NCBI RefSeq assembly: GCF_009914755.1
Contig: NC_060941.1
Source: the human T2T-CHM13v2.0 reference genome, Homo sapiens
Length of the DNA stretch: 64,000 nucleotides
Strand: one strand, 5' to 3'
A program made the translations under genes and the position numbers. Shown here in pieces: positions 14,698 through 41,707 of this stretch (position 1 is the first letter of the stretch; each line of letters begins with the position of its first letter). The notes beneath the pieces were generated by a model. It was not told where the DNA came from. It did not search any database and saw only the letters and a program-made list of their open reading frames with translations.

Positions 14698-15009
14698 ATC
14701 CTTTTGTTTTAAACTACATTATTTTATTAATACATCAGGCAACTCTATCCCACAAAACATTTGTAATGCTGGAAGTTATGCTTACTCTTTTAAGTACTTC
14801 AGAATATTATATATTCAACTTAATAATGAGATAGTGACAATTCGAAAGGGTTTCACTTCGTATACTATCAGTTCGCTGAGAACTAATAAAAAAGTGTGGT
14901 TTTTTGGGTCATCCCAAAAATCAAGTACACTTTGGGAAACAGGGAGTTAAAAATCTTTCGGAAGTTAACTTGGTATAAGAGTATGAAAAGCCTCTGTTGC
15001 TCTACTTCT

Positions 15010-15077
15010 GAGGAAATGCTCTCCTTTTTCCTAATAAAGCTTTCCACAGAAGACAAACTCTGTACACAAAAAACAAG
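15010..15077 (+). other. ASPA: Probable alternative non-coding 5' exon of ASPA (start approximate), splicing to the acceptor at 17036/17037
   Basis: Consensus donor AAG|gtaagt at 15077/15078; polypyrimidine plus tgcag|A acceptor 26 nt upstream of the ASPA ATG; an upstream-exon ASPA variant is recalled from annotation, not verified. Confidence 0.65.
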
Positions 15078-17047
15078 GTAAGTATGGGAAATAATTGCTG
15101 CAATTCATTAACTCTCAAAAAAGTTATTCATTTTGACATGTAAGAGAAACTTTATTTATGAATGTGAAATGTGCTTCAAAGTGCTGATCTGTTAAAATTC
15201 CATAAAACAAGCTTCAAAATGCAAGTCATTTGTGCCAGCTACGAGTAAATAACTGAAGCAGCATTTCCAGAGAGACTAGGGCAAAGGACAGAACAAACTA
15301 CAAATCAGCAGAAAAGAAACCAAGCATAGTAGAGTGTTAATAATTCACCATGGTTACTGCTCTTAAAACCAAAGCAACTAAACAACTGTCATCTGTTTAC
15401 TTTTACGTGTGTTTTCATCATCTCTACACCGTCTGAAGTGTTCAGTGTACATGGATGTGGACAGACAGTCAAAGCCTACAGGAGCTTTTTTTTTCTATTA
15501 GAACAGTCATTTTAATGCATAGATTTGATGTGGTTATTTTGCTTTCTCTATCTCTGCATTATAAGCTCTTAAAGGAAGAACATTCAGTGGGTTTATTAAA
15601 TATTAGGAAGCATTCATATTTTATTTTTCCACCATGTATTTGGTTTGTATGCATGTTTGTTTCCTGAGCACACTGTAATGGCTGTTTATGTGAATTCTGA
15701 AAGAGCAAAACTAGAACTGTGAAGAAGACCAAAAATAACAGAGAGGCACCCTATTGTCCTGTGAAAAACACTAGACTTGGGATGAGAAACATGGGTCTCA
15801 GGCCTAGGTTCTCCTACATCCCTGCAGAACCTTAACTGAGTTACTTAACCTCTCTTTCGTTTACCCCTGCAGTGGGGATGTCAACACCTAACCCACCCTA
15901 TCGTATAAAATTAATGTATGAATAAACTGAGTGAAAGGACATTATAAATTAAACTCTGCAATTGTAATAAATTACTCTTATTGTACCCTCTATCAAACAA
16001 CCTGGCGTTACTAGTACATGGTATTCCCAGTACTTGAACATATGTGACTTTCTGGGTGACTGAGCATGAAATCAAATCAGATTTGGCTCAGAGTCATTTC
16101 TCCAAAGGGATGTAATCATCTTAGTATTCTGGAAAATTTCCCCTAATAAGACCCCTTTTTGAGTAACACAGTCCAGTGGAGAGTCCCCGCTGACAGTGAA
16201 TAAGGCTGTGTCTATGTAAGTTCACATGATGTGGTTAGCACATGCAGTGTGTCCCAAGACATTTTCAGGCATCACAAAAACTTGAAAAGTACTAACAGTT
16301 GTCTTTCCTTTGGTATTTAGGCAAAAAATGAGGAAGATTCATAAGTAAGTTAACACAGAATTACCAAAAACCTCATGAGAAAGAAATGAAGGGATGTTTC
16401 AGGGTAGCTTTTCGAGTCCCAAGTGATCATTGATTTGGCCCTTCTGTTTCTGATTGTGAAAAAGCATTCTGAAAGAATGGGCGCCGGTTCAAGAGGAGGT
16501 CTCTGAGGGTCAGCCTTTGGCTGTTTATAGAGGTGAGATTCAAATGCCCTCAGATCATGAAAAGTGCTTGAACTCATTTCAGAGAAGAAATGTTTTGAAA
16601 TGCCCGTGGAAATACTGAGTGGGCCACTTTTTTATTTTGTGAAATTAGAAACGTATAAACTATTTTTATTATTACAGATAATTGTGAAAGCCTCACTGGA
16701 TGACATCCTAGCTGAGGAAAAGAATGGAATTTTTGTATTAGTATGAAATGCTAATTTATTACTGTATTTAGATCTACTGACCATCTGAGGGAGTTAGAAG
16801 TTAAAGTAAACAGCTGTATCTCTAGTTGATCTTTGCATATTTTAATCCAAATATGGCAAAGGGCAGGGCTAAAGAAGGGAGTGTCCATAAACGGGGCTCA
16901 GAACTTGTAACAGAAAATTAAAATATACTCCACTCAAGGGAATTCTGTACTTTGCCCTTTGGGTAAAGTCTCATTTACATTTCTAAACCTTTCTTAAGAA
17001 AATCGAATTTCCTTTGATCTCTCTTCTGAATTGCAGAAATCAGATAA

Positions 17048-17299
<252 letters not shown>

Positions 17300-17809
17300 T
17301 AAGACTATGCTTTGTATTGTATATGTATGTATGTTGTGTGAAAAGTGGTAGGTGTGTGAAAGAGAACACATATATGTATATGCAGATGATAATTCATGTC
17401 CGTACATGCAGTCGTATGTTGAATAAGATCACTTTCACTTTTAATTATACTGCATTGTGAATTGCACAATTATCTAAACTGGGCATTCACATGCTCTTTT
17501 ATAAACCTTCTTAAGCACCAGATTATTAAGTTTTCTTTTCAAATGTATACAGACTGAGACAATAAATAGAAAAGGGTTTTGTTTTAAAATCATACCTTTA
17601 AAGAAACAGATTTAATACTCCTTTGCATTGAGTTAGTGTTTGGCCACTATGCTTGCATATAAAATTGTTAGCTTTTTAGGAAATTCACTACGTTTTCAAG
17701 CAACTATGCTTACGGTAATGCATAAAGTTCTAGTTCAAAAAATGTAATGTTTCAAGTAATATTTGTTGAATGAAAGCGTGATTAAATATCTTTTGTCAGA
17801 AGACATCAG

Positions 17810-19177
<1,368 letters not shown>

Positions 19178-20453
19178 TTAGATCACTCCTTAGGTTTAGT
19201 CTCAACACAGATCAAAACATGGACACTACTCTTAATAGAAACATGCCTCACTTTATGGAATAGATGTTTTTCAGGGCAATTATACTGCAGTCATCCTGTT
19301 TGTATCAAATCATATTTTTACTAGCATAAATTTTAATTTGAGAAATGCTTTATCTTCATGACTGAGGTTATGTCAACACAATTCATGCTTATCTATTGAC
19401 CTAAGAGAGCTGTTAACTAACTTCTATATTACAAGTAAGAATTTGTTGAAGGATAACTTTTAGTCGGCATATTAACTTCCCAAATAGGTGTGAAATGGAC
19501 TGGGGTGAGTTTATGAGCACCCAGTAGTATGCATTTCAGTGAGCACAGTCTTTTCACTTAAATTCACTTTCTGCTCCTTACTGTTAACACTGTTCAGAGA
19601 CTAGACTGTTCCCAGCGTGGTTGAAAAATTATAAAATAGATAAACTAATTAACTTCTCCCATCCTGCCTCTCCCAAATTTATTCATTTTCCTATATTCCT
19701 CATCTCAGTGGTGGCATCATTATCCACCAAGTCCCCTGTGAAAATCACCCTAGAACCTTCCCAGTCCTTTGTCTCCCACGTCTAGTGGGTCACTAAGTCC
19801 TCCCAATTATTCCTTGCAAGTACTTCACAAATCCAGCCTTCCTCTCCAGTTTTACTACCTTAGTTGATTTCCTCTGTGGACAGTTAGAATAGCCTCCTAA
19901 AGGGTCTCTCTGCATCCAGACTTGCTCTGACCCTTCCTGTCATCTATTTTCCATCTGATACCTCTAGGAATCATCCTAATATGCAAATCTTATCATGTCT
20001 CTCCCCTGCTGAAAATTCTTTAAAAATGTATCCAGAATAGATTTAATCAACTTAGTATGGCTAATGCCCTTCAGAATCTCACTCTTCCCTATTCTTCATC
20101 CCTTGGGACTCTTCCAATGGGAGCTCAACTGCAGGCATGAGAACTCAAAAGTGTCCATCTTTTTGAAAACTTCCAGACTTGACTCTGAGCAACTGGGTAG
20201 ATACTAGCACCATTTACTCAAATGCGGAAGAATGATATAGAACCAAAATTGTCGGGCGCGACCTCAGGGGGTTATTTCATGAATTAACTTTTAAAATGTA
20301 TAAATATCCATTAGGCTTGGTTTGCATACAATAGGAACCTAAGAATAGTGGTTTAAACAAATAAGGGTTTCTTGTTCACAAATAATAAGTCCAGAAGTAA
20401 GCTGTCCAGGGCTGATGGAGCGGCCACATGATATCATCAATGCCACAGGCTCC

Positions 20454-20592
20454 TTCTACCTTCCCACAGCACTGTCTCAACATGGCCCCTTCCACCTTCC
20501 CACTGCACCATCTCAACGTGGCCCTTTCCACCTTCCCCCTGCACCGACTCGACGTGGTCCCTTCTACCTTCCCAGTGCACTATCTCAAGATG
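20454..20592. repeat. 36-bp minisatellite, ~4 copies
   Basis: Units start at 20454, 20490, 20526 and 20562 (ttc[t/c]accttccc...gcac...ctc..). Confidence 0.9.
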
Positions 20593-21015
20593 CCGGCTTT
20601 GTCCTCATGGTTTTTGCTTCAAAGTCACAAAATAACTACTCCACCTTCCTGATCTCATTCCAGGCAGGAATTAGCCCATTGTACACAGTAGGTCCCTTGA
20701 AGATACTAGCAAAAATAACCAAGGAATACAAATAGATGGAATTTTAGGAAAATGTGGTTGAACGGTTTAATGAGGAAAAGTAAATGAAAAACATTATTAT
20801 ATCTAGAAAAAAAATGTATCTTAACCATTGTGGGAAGTGGGGAGAGGGTAGAGGCCCATTTGAGAATGGAAGAAAAACTACTGGCCCTTGTGCCAGAAAA
20901 AAAATACATATATCTGTACCTGCAAACTTGTGGCCTTTTTGGAGAGGTTAGACTCTGAAAACTCTGTCCCTGGACCTCTAGTGGTTCCTGGACCTCAATT
21001 AAGAATCTCTAATTA

Positions 21016-22043
21016 GGCCAGGTGTGGCTGCTCATACTTGTAATTCCAGCACTTTGGGAGGCCAAGGCAGGAGGATTGCCTGAGGCCAAGACTTCTGTAA
21101 CCACCCAGCAAGTTCTCCTCATCCGCTGCCCAGACAGAGCTGATTTATCAAGACAAGGGAACTGCAATAAAGAGTTTAATTCACACAGAGCCGGCTGTAC
21201 AGAAGGCCAGAGTTTTATTATTACTCAAATCAGTCTCCCCGAAAATTCAGACACTGGAATTTTTAAGGATAATTTGGTGGGTAGGGGGCCAGTGAGTCGG
21301 GAGTGCTGATTGATCAGATTGAAGGTAAAATCATAGGGAGTTGGAGCTGTCCTCTTGCGCTGAATCAGTTCCTACGTGGGGACCACGAGACCAGATAAGC
21401 CAGTTTATCCATCTGGGTGGTGCCAGCTGATCTGTCAACTCAGGGTTTACAAAATATCTCAAGCCCTGATCTTAGGTTTTACAATAGTGATGTTATCCCC
21501 AGGAGCAATTTCAGGAGGTTCAGAATCTTGCGGCCCTCCAGCTGCATGACTCCTAAACCATAATTTCTCATCTTGTGGCTAATTTGTTAGTCCTGCAAAG
21601 GCAGTCTAGTCCCCAGGTAGGAAGGGGGCTTGTTTTGGGAAAGGGCTGTTATCATCTTTGTTTCAAAGTTAAGCTGTAAGTTCCTCCCAAAGTTAGTTCA
21701 GTTTACACCCAGGCATGAACAAGGATAGCTTGGAGATTAGAAGCAAGATGGAGTCAGGTTAGATCTCTTTCATTGTAATAATTGTCTCAGTTATAATTTT
21801 TGCAAAGGCAGTTTTAGTTCAAGACCAGCCTGGGCAACAGAGCAAGACTGTATCTCCACAAAAGATAAGAAGATTAGCTGGGCATGGTGGCACGCACCTG
21901 TAGTTTCAGCAGCTACTCAGGAGGCTGAGATGGGAAGATTGCTTGAGCCCAGGAGTTTGAGGGTACAGTGATCCATAATTGGGCCACTGCACTCCAGCCT
22001 GGGCAACAGAGCAGAATCCTGTCTCAAAAAATTAAAAATTAAA
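21016..22043 (+). mobile_element. AluJ split in two (21016-21095 and 21817-22043) by the LTR
   Basis: Contiguous Alu consensus when the LTR is removed. Confidence 0.85.
21096..21816 (-). mobile_element. Solo ERV1 LTR (LTR8/LTR8A-like) inserted into an AluJ
   Basis: Minus strand begins TAAAACTGCCTTTGCAAAAATTATAACTGAG and ends ...TTACA; 4-bp TSD cttc/gttc; Alu sequence resumes at the break. Confidence 0.85.
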
Positions 22044-22245
22044 ATGATCTCTAATTAGATTATGTGAGCCCCTAAGTGACTATATTTGTGCACTAGAATT
22101 AGCTAAAGTGGGGGAAAAAAAGATGCATTTGATGGTCTAGTCCCATAATAAATAACCCAGTGTACCATAACTACTAAGAAACTGTTCATTAAATTAATGG
22201 ATATGTTGCGTTCAAGATTGAAATCAAATGATAAATTCTGTTTGA

Positions 22246-22749
<504 letters not shown>

Positions 22750-23008
22750 TAAGTCAATTATGGATGTGAGACAATCAGAAAACAGTTATGAGGGAAGGTG
22801 CAAGAGAAATGGGGTTTATTCCATAGCCAGGCTTGGTGGTTGGGGGGAAAGGGTGCTACCAGAACACAGAGGCAGTGGTGAGAGGAAGGAGAAAAAGAGA
22901 GGAAATAAGTAAAATAATAAACACAATTAATAAAGTAATAAAACACTTGTGGATTCTTGTGTCTATAAAATTACACGTTTTATCCAGTCAGCCACCAGAT
23001 GGTGGGGT

Positions 23009-23107
23009 ATTTGTTAAAACCAAGTAAAATTAATATTAAAAGTTTAAATGGTATGGTCAATTTGTTAAAACCAAGTAAAATTAATATTAAAACTTTAAAT
23101 GGTATGG
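23009..23107. repeat. Tandem duplication, 48-bp unit, period 51
   Basis: atttgttaaaaccaagtaaaattaatattaaaa[g/c]tttaaatggtatgg twice, one mismatch. Confidence 0.95.
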
Positions 23108-23670
23108 GATCTCAATTACAAGGTTTTAGGAAACTTAAGAAATAGTCCTTTAACGTAGACTAAAGCCCAGTGATAAAAAGATTGCCTCCCTTTAGTCCTG
23201 CCCTCGTCCCCATTTGATTTAGACACCCCAGAATACGTCTAATCTTTCAGTACTTCATAATCATTTTAAGGCTCAGAAATCTCAGAGAAAATTTGCTAGA
23301 AAATAGCAACCAACCAGAAACACACATAAGGAACTGTATGCTTATTTCTGTGTACTAGATAGCCTTCCTTCCTGAGAGCAAGGATGATTGAGAGGAAAGA
23401 GTGTGGCCTGTGCTCAGATCCTGACTTTCTCCTTCACTAACCTTAGACAAAACACACCATTCCCAAAACCTTGCCTCCTTCATTTTATAAAATTGGTGTC
23501 ATAACAAACAACACTTACCCATAAGGGTACTCAAAGCCTTAAATGACATAAAGTATTTAAAACATTTAGCCTCATACCTGGCCTATAGTAAAGATTATTA
23601 TTTTTGTTTCCCTTCAGTTTTGGACAGTAACTGGGTAGTGGTCCTGGTAGGAGATCATAATGTAGCGATT

Positions 23671-23856
23671 CTTTTTTTTTTTAATTTTTTTTAAATTTTA
23701 TTACTATTATACTTTAAGTTTTAGGGTACATGTGCACCATGTGCAGGTTTGTTACATATGTATACATGTGCCATGTTGGTGTGCCGCACCCATTAACTCG
23801 TCATTTAGCATTAGGTATATCTCCTAATGCTATCCCTCCCCCCTCCCCCCACCCCA
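23671..23856 (-). mobile_element. Short L1PA 3'-end fragment
   Basis: Poly-T, then ttatactttaagttttagggtacatgtgcac...ccctcccccctccccccacccc. Confidence 0.9.
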
Positions 23857-24401
23857 ATTCTTCATTGCCTATTGAAGAGAGAGCGGAATGCTTTGGTTGC
23901 CAGATATGGAAGCAGAATTGCTGACACTTTGTTATCCAAACCAAGAGGCCTGTCTTCAATTTTCATGCAGATAAGCAGGAGGAGGGGGAATCACCCAACA
24001 TCTGTAGAGAGCTGGACCACAGGAATAGAAACAGAATTGTTTAAGAGACCAATACCAAGCTAAATAGTTAGTGTAACCAGTGATGAAACAAAAATCACCA
24101 CATCCATTAAGAAAGAACATTTATTTCATGTTTTTTGATCATGGTTCTGGAGAACTATTTAATGTATATTTTACCTGGAAAGACACTGTATAATTCAATT
24201 GTATATGAATTTCATATTGTATAATTTATTTGTATGTTTTCAAAGCTATAATACCATTGGGTTTTAAAGTATTTCATAAAGCTGTCTTACCAATCTTAGT
24301 TGATGAAGTAAAACGTATTGAAGGTATTATTGACTCTGTTGAAGCAAAGAGAACAAAACATACGGTTTTTACCTAAGAAAGACGTTTTTGATTTTTTTCA
24401 G

Positions 24402-24495
24402 ACTTCTCTGGCTCCACTACCCTGCTACGTTTATCTGATTGAGCATCCTTCCCTCAAATATGCGACCACTCGTTCCATAGCCAAGTATCCTGTGG
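24402..24495 (+). CDS. ASPA: Aspartoacylase exon 3 (94 bp)
   Basis: tttcag|ACT ... GTGG|gtaagt; [31 protein letters not shown]. Confidence 0.98.
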
Positions 24496-24545
24496 GTAAG
24501 TCATAGTTCCCACTGTCATAACTCAATAAAATATGTCCTAGCTGA

Positions 24546-29591
<5,046 letters not shown>

Positions 29592-30115
29592 CTATTGTGT
29601 TAGGATGGATTGCTAGGTTAAGGGCAAAATCATTGCTCAAGGGTCACATAGATTGTCATATTGACTGAAATCCATGATTCATCTAGTCTGGATTTCTGTG
29701 AAATCTATAAAAATAGATGTCCTTCCTCCCGTCACAGCTAAATGTTAGATCTTAACAGTTTCTCTTCAGGTCCACCTATTATTTTGTCAGCATAAACTTG
29801 TTCACCTTTTTTACTATGTTATGACTTTTAAATATTTTAGCAATACTGAAGGAAATTTAAAGAAAAAAGACCACAAGAGTTTCCTATTTCTAACACCACT
29901 GATTTTTTCCATGTTCTTTCCCAGTCTTTATTCACTATGCATCTAACTTAAACATGTAAATGTTCTGCTTCACGTTTTGCCAAACATTATGTCTCAAATA
30001 TTTTCCATGATGCTACATGGTTTACCTTTTTAATAATTTTAACAACATAATTCTAAATCTTGATACATTAAAATGCTTAGTTTTATAATATATTTTCATA
30101 CTTATATAAATGTGA

Positions 30116-30250
<135 letters not shown>

Positions 30251-32370
30251 TAATAATGAAGGTAACGTTATCAAACTTAACCACCAAACATTTAAATAAC
30301 AATTGGAACCTGGGTCAGATTTGCCATGCTAAAGATATGAAGTGCTTTTTAAAATTTTTATTCACTTCAGCTATTCCCCAATGGCCAGGATAGACACATT
30401 CAAGAAAAGCAGCTGCCAAATAAAGACTCCACATTAAATCCTTATTTCCTGCTAATCTCCATTTTAAAAAGAAAAGACGAGAAAATACAAATGCCCAGTA
30501 AACATATGAAAAGATGTTCAACATCACTAGTAATTAGAGAAATGCAAATTAAAATAAGAAGTCACTTCCCCCATTAAGTTGGGAAAATATTAAAGTCTGC
30601 AAATATCAAGCGTTGGTAAATGTGTAGGAAAAGGGGAAACTCTCATTACCTGCTGGTGAACATATAAGTGAACATATAAGTTGGTAAAGACATTCTAGAG
30701 GATAATCTTACAGCATCCACTTCTTAAAACACACCAATCTTATTACCCAGCGATTCCACATCTCAAAGAAACACAAGCACAAGCAACATGTTGTTTACAA
30801 AGATTGTTATCGTGCATCATTTATAACAGCAAAAGAATGGAAACAGCATGAATGTCCACCTGTTGGTGGAGAGTTAAATAAACTAACATGGAAGAATCTT
30901 CAAAACACAATGGTAATTAGCAGAAAGCAAGTTGCAGACCAAGACATTCAGTACACCAATTGGCTTTAAAATAACAATAATAATCATCACCTTCTAGGAT
31001 ACATATATATGTTAACACATCACAGGGAAAGTCCTAGAAGAAAACACACCAAGCTGATAACAATAGTTACCGGGGACGGGAGGCAAAACCCAGGCTAATT
31101 TTGTCTTAATTATATTCAATAAGAATAATGTATTTATGTATTATTTCTGTAATTAAAAATTAATTAAACGGGGACTGGTGGACAAGGTGGGTATATGCAG
31201 CTCTATGCACTACCTGCTCATTTATTTGGTAAATCTAAAACTGCACTAAAAAGTCTATTAGTTATAAAAAAAGTTTACTTTAAAATGGAAAATAGTTGCT
31301 TAAAATCAAAGAGACATTCTATGTAAACAATTATTCCAACAGACTGAGTTGAAATTGTTGTTGAGGAATGGGCAATTATAATAACAGAGGGGGTGTGTAC
31401 TTCGGTGTCTGTGGGGAGTGAATTCCTCAACCTCAGATCGTGCTGCGCACCCCACTGCAATCACAGACATTCGTTTTGTGCTTGGGAATCCTTTGACTCC
31501 AAAATCATGAAAACTGAAAATTTGCTTTTTACCATCTTTGTCTGAGGGCAGGTTCTATACTGTCTAATGGAACCGGTTTTGAGAAGATCACAACATACTT
31601 ACAATAAACCCTCTGAATAGGAAGTGTGGGACTACAATATATTAAGAAGTGATACATTCAGATAGAAGGCCACAAATCTGGGTGGAAAACGTGGTTGGTT
31701 TTCAGATCATAGTCCATAGAATCCTATCACAACGGTGGAGAAAAGCAGTTCCTGGAACACCCCACCCCTTAACCCCTTATCTCTGCTTCAACCAGAGCTC
31801 TTCTGTGTAACATTTCATTTAAGCAAAGGATTCGGCAAATCAAAAATTGTCAACCACGATTAATTTAGACTATCCAGCTTGGTGGATTTTCAACTGAGCA
31901 CTCCTATCCAAAGAATGCTGACAAATGAATCATAGCCGCCATGTGAAAAGTCTGAAGAAGTGTGTAGAAGGGCTTCATTCTTGACTCTGTCCTACTCAGA
32001 ACTGTAGTTAGTGACTTGGATAAAGACATATGCGACATGCTTAGCTAAGTGACAGGTCTCAGGAAGATAGCAGGAAAACATCCTGGTTGAGAAGGCAGAT
32101 CCAAGAAGTCCTGACAATCTTTAACAATTGTTTAAACCAAATGTTTAAGGTTAACAACATCAGGGACCAAAGTTTTGTTCTTATGTTTAAAAAAAATCCC
32201 AGAATAAGGGAGGTAATGGTCTTTTTTTTCTGCCTTGAATAAACAACACTTGAGAACTGTAAATAAATTCTGAGTCCGTAATCCAGGAGAAACATCTATA
32301 AAGAGGAATTTAGCCAAGGAGAGCATTGAGAATGTTGAAGAGCTTGAAAATCATAATGAGAATAATTCCT

Positions 32371-35212
<2,842 letters not shown>

Positions 35213-35226
35213 AGAGATGTTTTTAG

Positions 35227-35394
<168 letters not shown>

Positions 35395-36375
35395 TGAAAA
35401 TAATAATGCTGTACCTTTGAATAGAAGTTTATAGCTCATACAGCACTTCGCGTACATTCGCCCATTTGATGCTCTCATTAGACACTGAGTGTAGATAGGG
35501 AAGATGTTCGGACTGTCGCTCAATAAATACTTATTCAGTGTAACCTGTGCTGGCTGTGTGGACACACCAGTAAGTATGGCCTACACGCTCAATGGAATTT
35601 ATAGTGTAGGTACACAAAAGTCTAACTTTAGTCTAGAAATGAAGACAGCCAGATGAGATGACAGAATAATGAGATGGGAGAGGAGTGGTCAGACAAGGCC
35701 ACTTAGAGAAAGTGAAACTCCTACCCACATTCAGCGGGTGGGAATTATGATGTCTATTTTAATATAAGGAAATACAGGGACGGAAGTTAGAACCTTCCCA
35801 CAGCCATGTAGCTATCAATGACAGATCCAGAGTTAGTGCTCTTTCAAGTTGGCCGCATCACTTGCTACCTCCCTGTGACAGAATAAGTTAGAGAAAAACG
35901 ACTGGAACCTCTTTCTTCTGCCACCATTCCCCAACTCTCCTCAGAACCCCCAGAATCTACTCCTTGCCTAGTTTTATCAATAATGACATAGTGAAGAAGG
36001 AAAAAAAAAAGGCTCTTGAGAGAATGTAGGAGGTTTAAATCCGGAAAAGGCAAAGGGAAAAGGAGAGAAGAACAGATTTCCAAAGCCAAAGTATCCATTC
36101 CCCAGTGCAAGTGGCCTGCACACTCCCAGACCTCAGAGATGGAAGAGAACTGGTGGATTATCTAGTCCAGGGCTTTCAACCCCGACTAACCTTTACCTAG
36201 AGAGCTTTTAAAAAACATCATAATAGCAATGGCAGGACTCCACTCTGAGATACTCTGATCTTTTTGGCTTGGATAATCAGGATTGAAAAACACTGATTGA
36301 TCCAGTTCCTATCCCTGTTTAGTGACTCTAATAGTCATCCAGACTTGCAACTGAATGAAGTGGCCTGCCCAGTAA

Positions 36376-39543
<3,168 letters not shown>

Positions 39544-39783
39544 GAAGCAAATGTTAATTACACGTTTCAATTATACAAATGCAAAGGGGAACTCTTAAAA
39601 CTACTGCCAAAATTCACGACCCAATGTCAGCGCAGTCAGATCACTTGCCTGCATCTCAATGCCTCGCTCAAGTATCTCTTTTAAAACAACAGAATACTGT
39701 AATTTGTTAGTTGTCTAGAGTCTGACATAAATTTTTAGAGGAGAAAAACCAAATATAATATATTTATTTTGATTGTTTCCTGA

Positions 39784-39984
<201 letters not shown>

Positions 39985-40247
39985 AAATCACTTCCAGCTT
40001 ACATCTTACACGGTGTCTTACAAATTCTGCTAGTCTGTAAGCTCCTTAAGAGTAGGGTTGTGCCTTATTCAACTGCATACATAGCTCCTAGCACAGTGCC
40101 TTATTCGGTAGGCATCTAAGCAAATTTCTTAAATTAATTAATATATCTTTAAAGATATCATATTTTATGTATGTAGCTTATTCAAAGAAGTGTTTCCTAT
40201 TTCTATATAGTTTATTATACATGATACTTGGGTAGCTCAACATTCTT

Positions 40248-40253
40248 AATAAA
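40248..40253 (+). terminator. ASPA: Proximal ASPA poly(A) signal AATAAA
   Basis: First AATAAA after the stop codon (264 nt downstream), followed by a T-rich tract. Confidence 0.7.
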
Positions 40254-41386
40254 CAGCCTTTGTATTCAGAATATAAAATTGAAATAGATATATATAAAGT
40301 TATTTGTTTTATTGTGCTTTGCCTTACTACACTTCACGGATACTGTACTTTTTTTCCAAATTGAAGGTTTTTGGCAACCCTGTGTCTAGAAAGTCTAACA
40401 GTGCCATGTTTCCAACAGCATGTGCTCACTCCTTGTCTCTGTGTCACCCTTTGATAATATTTCAAGCTTTTTTATGATTTATTTATTATATCTGCTATGG
40501 TGATCTGTGATCAGTGGCCTTTGATGTTACTGTTGTTAAGTGTTTTGGGGCACCATGAATCGTGCCCATGTGAGACTGCGAACTTAGTGAATGTTGTGTG
40601 AGTTCTAACTGCTCTACTGACCGGCCATTTCCTTGTCTCTCTCCCTGTCCTCTGGCCTCCCTGTTCCTTGAGACACAATAATTAATAAGTCTACAGCAGA
40701 CTCTGTGTGTTCAAGTGAAAGAAAGGGTCATACTTCTAGAAATTAAGCTTAGTAAGGAAGGCATGTCAAAAGCTGAGACAGGCTGAAAGCTAGGCCTCTT
40801 GCACTGGTTAGCCAAGTTGTGAATTCAAAGAAAAGGATCTTGAAGAAAATTAAAAATTCTACTCCAGTGCACACACACAAATGATAAGAAAGCAAAACAA
40901 CCTTATTGCTGATATGGAGACAGTTTTAGTGGTCTGGATAGAAGATCAAACCAGCCACAACATTAAGCCAAAGCATGACCCAGAGCAAGGCCCTAACTCT
41001 CTTCAATTCTGTGAAGGCTGAGAGAGGTGAGGAAGCTGCAGGAAGCTGGGAGAGGTTGGTTCACAAGGTTTAAGGAAAGAAGACAGCTCTAAAACCTACA
41101 AGTGGAAAGCGAACCAGCAAGTTGCTGATGTGGAAGCTGTAGCAAGTTATCCAGAAGATGTAGCTAAAATCATTGACAAAGATGGCTACACTAAACAACG
41201 GATCTTCAGTGTAGTTGAAACAGCCTTCTATTGGAAGAAGATGCTATCTAGGACTTTCCTAGCTAGAGGGGAGAAATGAATGCCTAGCTTCAAAGCTTCA
41301 AAGGACAGCCTGACTCTCTTAAGAGCTAACACAGCTGGTGACTTTGGGTTAAAGCCAAAGCTCATTAACTGTTTCAAAAATCCTAA

Positions 41387-41707
<321 letters not shown>

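Noticed and set aside
20454-20592. CRISPR-like array (36-bp periodicity)
   Set aside because: Head-to-tail degenerate repeats without unique spacers, in a primate genome with no cas genes.
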